Positions 35,593-43,307 of a DNA stretch of 64,000 nt are shown here, piece by piece (position 1 is the stretch's first letter; each line of letters begins with the position of its first letter). Under the pieces are notes generated by a model. That model had not been told where the DNA came from. It made no database searches and worked only from the letters and a program-made list of their open reading frames with translations. Both the position numbers and the translations under genes were made by a program. Source of the DNA: an uncultured Chloroflexia bacterium (GTDB taxonomy: Bacteria > Chloroflexota > Limnocylindria > Limnocylindrales > CSP1-4); NCBI GenBank assembly GCA_963696405.1, contig CAVOJY010000003.1, positions 303 to 64,302 on the forward strand, read 5' to 3'.

Positions 35593-37038
35593 TCAGCCGA
35601 CGCCGGCGATCTCCCGGTCCGCCCTTGCGGTGATCGCCGCCAGCTCGCGGAGCACATCATCCGGCAGCGGCTCGACCTGGTGGGTCCGCAGGATCTCGAG
35701 CCCCCGCTCGCGGGCCTTGCTCTCGAGGGTCTGCATGCCGCCCGCCTCCCAGACGCCGCGGTTATCGCGCTCGGCGAGATCCAGGTCGACGAGGGCGCCG
35801 GCGCGCATGAACTCGATGGTGTGGTCCTCGGCCATGAAGTCCCCGCGCGGTCCCACTGCCGCGATCACGTCGACGGCAAGGGCTTCGTCCGAGAGGTCGA
35901 TTCCCTTGAGCCACCGCCGAGCGATGGTCATGATCTCGTCATCCATCACGAGCTGCAGCGGGCTGAGAGACATGCAGGCCTCGATGCTCCCCGCGCCGAC
36001 GACGAACCGTCCACCGGCCAGGACCTGGAAGAGGGCCTGCTGGACCTTCTGGAGGTTGATGTTGGCGGTGGTGAAGCCGTCGGCCGCGAGCCCGATCGCC
36101 TGCACGGGCAGGCCGTAGAGTTCCGCGCCGATCTGCGAAATCGCGCCCACCAGCAGGCCGACCTCGGGCGCGGCGAAGAGGGCGTTGCCGGTGCGCATGT
36201 CGGCCACCACGGGGTCGATGAAGAACGCCGTCGGGTGCCCCGGCCGCTTCGTCTGCACCAGCACGACTGAGCCGAGGTACTCCGCCAGGCCCTGCACGAG
36301 CGAACCGGCGACGGTGATCGGCGCGGAGACGCCGGTGATCGGCATCAGCGGCAGGTCGACCGGGATCCCCCAGTCGCAGGCCATCAGGATCTGCGCCGCG
36401 TCGTCCTCGTTCAGGTAGAGCGGCGACATGACCGACGCCACCTGGTGCACCAGCGGGCGCTCCGCCAGTGCGTCGCGGCTGCCCCGTACGGCCACCATCA
36501 TCTCGTAGAGGAACGGCTGGTTCTTGGCGGTGAAGGCGTTGTGCAGGACGCACTTGCGCTGGCTCTCGAGAAGGACGCGCAGGCTGTGGATGTCCGCGGT
36601 CGCCGGCGGGACGTCGCCGCAGTGCAGGGTGGAGACGGAGTTGATGTTGGGGAGCGCGTCGACCAGGGTGGCGAACTCGCGCCAGTCGGCGATGCGCGCC
36701 CGGCGGTGCTCGCCGGTCACCAGGTCGATGTACCCGGTGGCCCCGCCCGGCACCCGGCCGTAGATGTCGCCCTCGGTGGTCAGCGTGAAGTCGAACTCCG
36801 GGGTTCGCCCGTGGTAGACCATCTCGCGCGGGACGAGGGCGAGGCACTTCTCGACGAGATCTGGCGGAAACCTGACCATCGCGCTGGCGTGATCGATCCG
36901 GGCGCCGGCCCCCTGCAGCAACTCGCGCGCCTCGGTGTGGTCGACCTTCATGCCGACCTCATCGAGCACGCGGAGGGAGGCCTGGTGGACGCGCTCGAGG
37001 TCCTCGTGGCTCAGCAGCCGGAGCGGGCTGTTCTGCAT
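35593..37038 (-). CDS. MttB-superfamily (non-pyrrolysine) methyltransferase, intact 481 aa
   Basis: From ATG 37038 the sequence is MQNSPLRLLSHEDLERVHQASLRVLDEVGMKVDHTEA...YHGRTPEFDF...LHCGDVPPATADIHSLRVLLESQRKC...MSPLYLNEDDAAQILMACDWGIPVDL...TKRPGHPTAFFIDPVVADMRTGN...SLSPLQLVMDDEIMTIARRW. There is no internal stop, so no pyrrolysine codon. Confidence 0.85.
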   Translation of the reverse strand: MQNSPLRLLSHEDLERVHQASLRVLDEVGMKVDHTEARELLQGAGARIDHASAMVRFPPDLVEKCLALVPREMVYHGRTPEFDFTLTTEGDIYGRVPGGATGYIDLVTGEHRRARIADWREFATLVDALPNINSVSTLHCGDVPPATADIHSLRVLLESQRKCVLHNAFTAKNQPFLYEMMVAVRGSRDALAERPLVHQVASVMSPLYLNEDDAAQILMACDWGIPVDLPLMPITGVSAPITVAGSLVQGLAEYLGSVVLVQTKRPGHPTAFFIDPVVADMRTGNALFAAPEVGLLVGAISQIGAELYGLPVQAIGLAADGFTTANINLQKVQQALFQVLAGGRFVVGAGSIEACMSLSPLQLVMDDEIMTIARRWLKGIDLSDEALAVDVIAAVGPRGDFMAEDHTIEFMRAGALVDLDLAERDNRGVWEAGGMQTLESKARERGLEILRTHQVEPLPDDVLRELAAITARADREIAGVG

Positions 37039-37093
37039 GGCGGGTGGGTCCTCCGCTGGTTTCGGCGGTAGAGAGATGCCCCTGCAGAGTGTC

Positions 37094-37130
37094 ACGCTAG
37101 CCGACAGGCCCCTGTTCGTCAACTGTTGAC
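37094..37130 (-). promoter_or_regulatory. Putative mttB-2 promoter overlapped by the palindrome GTCAACTGTTGAC
   Basis: On the minus strand the -35 is TTGACG (37122-37117), followed by a 17-nt spacer and the -10 TAGCGT (37099-37094). The perfect 13-bp palindrome at 37118-37130 covers the -35. Confidence 0.4.
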
Positions 37131-37216
37131 ACCGGCGGTGGACCGGGCGCATGCTGCATCGTGGGCGCGGCCCGCGGAGAATGGTCCGGCCCGGGAGCCA
37201 ACGGGCCGACCGGCCG

Positions 37217-37245
37217 TTGACACCACTCTCGTCCGTGCCTACAGT
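37217..37245 (+). promoter_or_regulatory. Putative sigma70-type promoter: TTGACA, 17-nt spacer, TACAGT
   Basis: The -35 is at 37217-37222 and the -10 at 37240-37245. It lies about 180 nt upstream of the sugar SBP gene. It is directly preceded by GGCCGACCGGCCG (37204-37216), which also occurs at 28846. Confidence 0.5.
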
Positions 37246-37312
37246 AACAGCACCCGTTGCTGGCAGACCGGTCGACCACGACACGGCCGCATGGCGGTCC
37301 TCCGACCGGGCT

Positions 37313-37341
37313 TTGACAGCCGCGTCGCTCGGGACTACGGT
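37313..37341 (+). promoter_or_regulatory. Second putative promoter: TTGACA, 17-nt spacer, TACGGT
   Basis: The -35 is at 37313-37318 and the -10 at 37336-37341. The -10 hexamer is the same as in the mttB-1 promoter candidate. Confidence 0.45.
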
Positions 37342-37422
37342 CGTGTTTGGGTCCGCGTGCCGAGTGCGCGGTCCAGTATCGGATGAGCCGGGGCGACGCC
37401 CCGGAGAAGGAGGAGTCTGCGT

Positions 37423-38865
37423 ATGACTGGCGAGGCACGCCGGCGGCGGCTGTTCGGGCTAGCCGCTCCTGCCATGGCGATTCTCATGCTGGTGTCCGCG
37501 TGCTCGAGCGCGGCTACGACGGCCCCCTCGGCCGCACCGGCCACCCAGGCCCCGGCTACGGAGGTCCCGGCGACCCAGGCGCCCGCGACGCCTGCTCCGG
37601 CCACCCAGGCCCCGGCCACGGAGGCCCCGAAGCCGGAGGCCGCGACCATCGACGTCTGGCTCGGCGGCATCCTGACCACCGCGACCGCCGGGACACCCTA
37701 CGAGGAGTGGGTCAACAAGGTCGTCGATCGGTTCAAGGCCGCCAACCCCGGCTCGGACGTGAAGATCAGCCTGCTGCCGTCGAACAACGATCAGCTCGCG
37801 GCGCAGGTGCAGGCTGCCTTCGCGTCGAAGAACGTGCCGGACGTCATGATGCTGTACGGCGGCTCGTACACCACCGCCTACCAGGACGGCCTGCTCAGGC
37901 TGAACGACTACGTCAACAACACGCCCGGGTTCTGGGACCAGATGACGCTCTGGGACTGGGGCTGCACGGATATCGACTGCAAGGACGGCCAGGGCGAGAT
38001 CATCGGCGTCCCGGTGGACCAGTACGTGTTCATCTTCTGGTACCGCAAGGACCTGTTCGAGCAGGCCGGCGTCACGCCGCCGCCGAGCGACCCGATGGCC
38101 AATCCGTGGTCCTGGGATGAGTTCCTGGCGGCCTGCGAGAAGTTCAAGGCGGCCGGGGTCATACCCATGATCTACGGCGACCGCGATGGCTACACCACCT
38201 CGAACATGCTGACCACGAACGTCGTCTCCTACTTCGAGGAGGGCGACCAGGCGAAGTTCATCCAGAACGAGCTCAAGTTCACCGACCCGAAGATCCTCGA
38301 GCCGCTCAAGGCGCTCGTGTCGCTCCGGGAGAAGGGCTGCGTGTCGCCTGATGCGAGCACGCGTGAGCAACTTGACTCGGCCAACGACCTCATCGCCGGC
38401 AAGGGCGCCATGTTCGAGGGGCAGCCCCAGTTCCTGCCCTACTTCAAGGACATCCGCGACCAGCTCGGCGTTGCCCTCATCCCGATGTCGGGAAGCGGTC
38501 CCTTCAAGAACGATACGTCGGCGATGGCCGGCGACACCTGGGTCGTTCCCAAGGACGCCAAACACCCCGACCTGGCGTGGGAATTCATCAAGCTTGCCTC
38601 CGACGAGACGGCCGGCAAGGAGATGATGCCGCTGCTCGGCTCGCCTCCCGCCAACCTGGCCGCCGCGGCCACGGTCACTGATCCGATCGTCAAGTTCGGG
38701 CTGGACGCCGTGGCGAAGCAGAAGATGGGCATCCTCGACGTGATCATGTCCCAGGCCACAGCGCTCACGTGGTACCGCGAGCTGCAACAGGCATTCGCCG
38801 GCACCAAGACGCCCGAGGCCGCCCTGGAGGCGATCCAGCAGTTCCGTGACCAGGAGGGCCCGTAG
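37423..38865 (+). CDS. Sugar ABC transporter substrate-binding lipoprotein (family-1 solute-binding protein)
   Basis: RBS GGAGAAGGAGGAG precedes the start. The lipobox is LMLVSAC. The linker carries ATQAPATEVP-like 10-aa repeats x3. The SBP core includes IDVWLGG. Confidence 0.85.
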   Translation: MTGEARRRRLFGLAAPAMAILMLVSACSSAATTAPSAAPATQAPATEVPATQAPATPAPATQAPATEAPKPEAATIDVWLGGILTTATAGTPYEEWVNKVVDRFKAANPGSDVKISLLPSNNDQLAAQVQAAFASKNVPDVMMLYGGSYTTAYQDGLLRLNDYVNNTPGFWDQMTLWDWGCTDIDCKDGQGEIIGVPVDQYVFIFWYRKDLFEQAGVTPPPSDPMANPWSWDEFLAACEKFKAAGVIPMIYGDRDGYTTSNMLTTNVVSYFEEGDQAKFIQNELKFTDPKILEPLKALVSLREKGCVSPDASTREQLDSANDLIAGKGAMFEGQPQFLPYFKDIRDQLGVALIPMSGSGPFKNDTSAMAGDTWVVPKDAKHPDLAWEFIKLASDETAGKEMMPLLGSPPANLAAAATVTDPIVKFGLDAVAKQKMGILDVIMSQATALTWYRELQQAFAGTKTPEAALEAIQQFRDQEGP

Positions 38866-38918
38866 CCAGCGTCGCCCGAGTGACCCCGGCTCTGCCGGCT
38901 TTGTGACATGCTGAACCC

Positions 38919-39818
38919 GTGACCGTCCAGTCCGGGAAGTCGCACAGGAGCCTCCTCCGCACAGACGCGCGGTGGGGGCTCCTGTATGCGCTGCCTGCGA
39001 TCGCCGTGGTCGTCATCTTCATCGGCTACCCGTTCGTCAGCATCGTCTGGCACGCCTTCACACGGTGGAACGGGTTCAGCGACCCGACCTTCATCGGGCT
39101 GCGGAACTTCGAGTTCCTGCTCAGAGACCAGAACTTCTGGCTGGCGATCCGCAACAACGTCTTCTTTGCGCTGTCGGTGCCGATCCAGCTCGTGGTGCCG
39201 CTCATCCTGGCGTTTCTCATCCACGAGAAGATCCCCGGCTGGCGCTTCTATCGCTGGACGTACTTCCTGCCGGCCATCTACTCCACCGTCGTGGTCGGGA
39301 TCATCGCTCGCATGCTCCTCATGGTCGACGGACCACTCAACGAGGCCCTCGGCGCAGTGGGTCTGGGTGGGCTGCAGCGCGAGTGGCTGGGAGCGCCTGA
39401 GACGGCGATTCCGGCCATCCTCATGGTCGTTGTGTGGGCGAACTTCGGCTACAACACCGTGATGTACCTGGCGGGCATGAGCGGCATCGACCCGAACCTG
39501 CCCGAGGCCGCCCGTATCGACGGTGCGAACGGCTGGCAGGTCCTGCGCCACGTCTACGTACCCGGCCTCCGGAGGGTCATGGAAATCGTGCTCGTGACGA
39601 GCACGATCACCGCCTTCGCCTGGATGTTCACCTACGTCTTCACGATCACGAACGGCGGGCCCGGCTTCTCGACCTACGTCACCGAGTTCCTCATCTACAA
39701 CAACGCCTTCACCTTCCAGCGCATGGGCTACGCCAGCGCGATGGGGCTCGTCCTGGTCCTCTTCATCTCCGTGCTCGGCTACTTCCAGATCCGGGCCCTC
39801 ACCGGAGGAAAGGAATGA
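38919..39818 (+). CDS. Sugar ABC transporter permease (MalF/UgpA-like)
   Basis: The profile fits six TM helices. The EAA loop region is AARIDGANGWQVLRHVYVPGL. Confidence 0.85.
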   Translation: MTVQSGKSHRSLLRTDARWGLLYALPAIAVVVIFIGYPFVSIVWHAFTRWNGFSDPTFIGLRNFEFLLRDQNFWLAIRNNVFFALSVPIQLVVPLILAFLIHEKIPGWRFYRWTYFLPAIYSTVVVGIIARMLLMVDGPLNEALGAVGLGGLQREWLGAPETAIPAILMVVVWANFGYNTVMYLAGMSGIDPNLPEAARIDGANGWQVLRHVYVPGLRRVMEIVLVTSTITAFAWMFTYVFTITNGGPGFSTYVTEFLIYNNAFTFQRMGYASAMGLVLVLFISVLGYFQIRALTGGKE

Positions 39819-40705
39819 GCGCCGGGACCCGGGCCGTCCCGGCACCGGAGGCGGGACACACGGTTCCCCCGAAGCGGCCGGGCTGGCGTCCGCGGCCGTT
39901 TCGCTGGCCGCTGCTGGTCGCCCTCGTGGCCCTTGGCCTCACGGCCGTCTTCCCGGTCTACTTCATGGTGCAGGCGGCGTTCCGCACGAAGCTCGACTGG
40001 GCGGAATCGAAGCTCGGGCTGCCCACCACCCTCTCGTTCGACGCGTTCGAGCGCGCGTGGGTCCAGGCCAACATCGGCGGCTACTTCATCAACTCGGTGA
40101 TCGTGACCGTGGGCGCGGTTGCCCTGTCCGTCGCCATTGCCGCCATGGCCGGCTACGGGTTCTCCAAGATCCACTGGCGCGGCAGCCGCTTCACGTTCTT
40201 CTTCGTCCTCGCCTGGATGGCCATCCCGCCGCTTCTGCTGATGGTTCCGATCTACGTCCAGATGGTGGACCTGCGCCTCGTGGACACGTACTGGTCGGTG
40301 ATCTTCCTCTACACGGCGATCAACACGCCGTTCAATGTCTTCCTCATGACCGCGTTCTTCAAGGCCATCCCCGACGAGCTGCTCGAGGCGGCCCGGGTGG
40401 ACGGCGCGAGCGTGCACGTCATCTTCCGCAAGCTCATGGTCCCGATGTCCATTCCGGCCCTCGCCACGCTCGTCATCTTCAACGCCCTCTATGTCTGGAA
40501 CGAGTTCGTCTTCGCCCTGCTCCTCCTCCACGACGACAAGGTCAGGACCCTGACCGTGGGCGTCAACCAGATGCAGGGCAAGTTCTTCTTCGACTACCCC
40601 GCGCTGCTCGCTGGTCTCCTCATCACGTCCATCCCGATGATCGTCGTCTACATCTTCTTCCAGCGCTACCTGGTGCGGGCCATCGCGGCCGGGGCGCTCA
40701 AGTAG
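39815..40705 (+). CDS. Sugar ABC transporter permease (MalG/UgpE-like)
   Basis: The ATG overlaps the preceding stop (ATGA). The EAA loop is EAARVDGASVHVIFRKLMVPMSIPAL. Confidence 0.85.
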   Translation: MSAGTRAVPAPEAGHTVPPKRPGWRPRPFRWPLLVALVALGLTAVFPVYFMVQAAFRTKLDWAESKLGLPTTLSFDAFERAWVQANIGGYFINSVIVTVGAVALSVAIAAMAGYGFSKIHWRGSRFTFFFVLAWMAIPPLLLMVPIYVQMVDLRLVDTYWSVIFLYTAINTPFNVFLMTAFFKAIPDELLEAARVDGASVHVIFRKLMVPMSIPALATLVIFNALYVWNEFVFALLLLHDDKVRTLTVGVNQMQGKFFFDYPALLAGLLITSIPMIVVYIFFQRYLVRAIAAGALK

Positions 40706-40717
40706 GAGGCTGCCCTG

Positions 40718-42742
40718 ATGACGGACCTGCCCGAGCGGGTGTTCTGGTACGGCCGCGACGAGGCGCCGCCCGAGCGTACCGAGTTGCGCGCCGGTCCCCT
40801 GACGGCCGTGTTCGAGGACGGTGACCTGCGCTCCGTCCGGCTGGGCAACCGCGAGGTCGTCCGGCGCGTGTACGTGGCGGTGCGTGATCCTGTCTGGAAC
40901 ACGATTCCGGGCTCCCTGTCGGAAGTGCTGATCCAGGGGAGCGAGCGGAGCTTCCGGATCACGTACGGGTCGCGCCACGTTGCCGATCCGATCGCGTTCT
41001 CGTGGCAGGCTCTGATTGAGGGCGCCGAAGACGGGACGATCTCGTTCGCCATGGACGGCGTCGCGGAGAACGAGTTCCTGTTCTGCCGGATTGGGTTCTG
41101 CATCCTGCATCCGGCCGCGGCGACGCAGGGCCGGCCGTATCACGTCGAGACACCCGGCGGCGTGGTGCGGGGTGTCTTTCCCCGACTCATCGAGCCACAA
41201 AGGATCGTGGACGGTGTTGACCAGCCCCTGTTCCCCTCCTGTTCGCGGCTCCACGTGGACCTGGACGGCGGTGCCGAGGTGGACTGCGCATTCGAGGGCG
41301 ATCTCTTCGAGGGCGAGGACCAGCGCGCCTGGACGGACGCGTCGTTCAAGACGTTCTGCACACCGCTGGCGGTGAGCTGCAAGCAGCGGGCCTTTCCCGG
41401 GCGCGCGCTTCGGCAGCGCGTGACGATCCGGGTCAGTGCTCCCGAACAGGTTGTTCGGGAGGCGGCAGCCAGCGCGGCCGCGGGTGAGGGGCCGGCCGTC
41501 GCGGTGGCCGGCCGCGAGGCTCCCGTCGAGGGCCCGACGCTGACCCTGGGCGATGGCCTTGGGCGGGGGCTGCCGCAGCTGGGGCTGGGCCTGGCGACCG
41601 GGGGCGGCGAGCTGTCCGGGCGAGAGGTTGAGCTCCTGCGGGCCCTTCGCCTCGACCATCTCCGGGTTGAGCTGCGGCTTTGGGAGCCCGGCTACCCGGC
41701 CGAGCTGGCGCGGGCGGCCCGCCAGGGCGCGGCCCTGGAGTGCGGCCTCGAACTGGCCGTCTTCGTCACCGACGACGCGGATGCTCAGTTCCGCGAGCTC
41801 GCCGGGAGGCTGACTGCCGTGCCCGTGGCGCGCGTCCTGGTGTTCCACGAACCGGGGGCCGCCATGGGCAACACCGACGGGCTCTGGGTGCGGCTGGCGC
41901 GCGAGCGGCTCGGGGCGGCAGTCGCCGGGGCGCCGATCGGCAGCGGCACGAACGGTCACCCGAACGAGCTGTACCGACAGCCGCCCGAGTGGCAGGCGAT
42001 GGACTGCGTCAGCTACACGGTCAGCCCGCAAGTCCACGCCTTCGACGAGACGTCGATCGTCGAGAACCTCGAGACGCTGCCAACCACGGTCGAGACAGCG
42101 CGTTCGATCTCCGGCGACCGGGACATCGTGGTCAGCCGCCTGATGCTGAGGCCCCCGTTCAACGTCTATGCGACCGAGCCCGAGCCGCCGCCGGCTCCGG
42201 GCGAGCTGCCGAGCTACGTGGACCCGCGGCAGATGTCGCTCTTCGCCGCCTGCTGGGCGACCGGAGGCGTCAAGTACCTCGGCGAGGCGGGTGCTGCGTC
42301 GGTCACCCTCTGCGAGACGGTCGGCTGGACCGGGCTGATGGAACGCGAGGGTGGTTGTTCCGCGCCGGCCCGGTTCGGGTCGCGACCGGGGATGGTCTTC
42401 CCGATCTACCACGTCCTCGCGGACCTGGCCGGGTGGCGTGATGGCACGCTCGTCGAGTGCGCATCCGGGGATCCACTCGCCGCGCTCGGCCTCGCGGTTC
42501 GCCTAGGCGACGGCTGGGGGCTCCTGGTGGCCAACGTGACGCCGCTCGCGCGTCGTGTGCGGGTGACCGGCCTGGCCTTCGCGAGCGCCCGGGTCCGCCA
42601 CCTGGACGCGACGACCGGCGCGGATGCGGCCTTCTCGCCGGAGCGGTTCCGGGGCTCATGGGCGCCGCTTGCAGCGGGCCCCGGCGGGCTCGAACTCGAC
42701 CTGGCGCCGTTCGCCGTCGCCTGCGTCGAGGCGCGGACCTGA
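40718..42742 (+). CDS. Uncharacterised 674-aa protein and last gene of the sugar ABC operon. It may be a glycoside-hydrolase- or lactonase-like TIM-barrel enzyme, but the family is not recognised with certainty.
   Basis: It starts 13 nt after the permease stop. The N-terminus is LRAGPLTAVFEDGDLRSVRLGNREVVRRVYVAVRDPVWNTIPG. The middle has alternating strand/helix-like segments (LRLDHLRVELRL, ARVLVFHEPGAA, IGSGTNGH, SYTVSPQVHAFDE). The C-terminus looks like a beta-sandwich (PIYHVLADLAG..LVANVTP..VRVTGL). There is no signal peptide. Confidence 0.6.
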   Translation: MTDLPERVFWYGRDEAPPERTELRAGPLTAVFEDGDLRSVRLGNREVVRRVYVAVRDPVWNTIPGSLSEVLIQGSERSFRITYGSRHVADPIAFSWQALIEGAEDGTISFAMDGVAENEFLFCRIGFCILHPAAATQGRPYHVETPGGVVRGVFPRLIEPQRIVDGVDQPLFPSCSRLHVDLDGGAEVDCAFEGDLFEGEDQRAWTDASFKTFCTPLAVSCKQRAFPGRALRQRVTIRVSAPEQVVREAAASAAAGEGPAVAVAGREAPVEGPTLTLGDGLGRGLPQLGLGLATGGGELSGREVELLRALRLDHLRVELRLWEPGYPAELARAARQGAALECGLELAVFVTDDADAQFRELAGRLTAVPVARVLVFHEPGAAMGNTDGLWVRLARERLGAAVAGAPIGSGTNGHPNELYRQPPEWQAMDCVSYTVSPQVHAFDETSIVENLETLPTTVETARSISGDRDIVVSRLMLRPPFNVYATEPEPPPAPGELPSYVDPRQMSLFAACWATGGVKYLGEAGAASVTLCETVGWTGLMEREGGCSAPARFGSRPGMVFPIYHVLADLAGWRDGTLVECASGDPLAALGLAVRLGDGWGLLVANVTPLARRVRVTGLAFASARVRHLDATTGADAAFSPERFRGSWAPLAAGPGGLELDLAPFAVACVEART

Positions 42743-43230
42743 CCGGGCGGCTGCCGCCTCCTTCTACTCCCGGCTCCCGGTCCGTGCCGCCGACCCGCGC
42801 CGCGCGGCCCGTGCCGTCGACCATGACGTTCGCAAACCACCGTAGCGTTGGCGGGCCGGGCCGACGTCGTTGACGCCGCCTGCGCGACCGGCTTCCCTGG
42901 TAAGTCGCTCGGGCCGCGCTCGGCCGTGCTCGCCTGGTCAACCCTCGACCCCAGGAACGGCGGGAAGAGGGCTGCAAGCCCACCGCACCAGCCCGATCAT
43001 CCGGCGAGTGCTACACCCGTTTGCGTACGTCAGGGAGGTCGCGGTTGACCAGGAAGGTCGCGGCCGCGCCACGGAGACGGCATTTCAGGGCCGCGCCTCG
43101 TGCCATCGCGCAGTGCTCACGCTGTCGCGCACTGGCGGAAGCCGGGCCCAAGCCCGCCACGCCTGCTCGCGGCGGCCCCCGCGCCGGGATAGCGGGGCAC
43201 GAATAGGAACACGCCGGTCGGTATACTTAC

Positions 43231-43289
43231 CCGCCACCGCGGAGTTGACCGCCACCGCGGAGTTGACCGACACCGCGGAGTAGACCGAC
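43231..43289. repeat. 18-nt tandem direct repeat x3 (CCGCCACCGCGGAGTTGA) immediately upstream of pckA
   Basis: Copies at 43231-43248 and 43249-43266 are identical. The third copy (43267-43284) reads ccgacaccgcggagtaga, followed by a partial fourth copy. The array lies between a TATACT hexamer (43222-43227) and the pckA RBS. Confidence 0.85.
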
Positions 43290-43307
43290 GAGGACGGAGA
43301 AGCCGAG

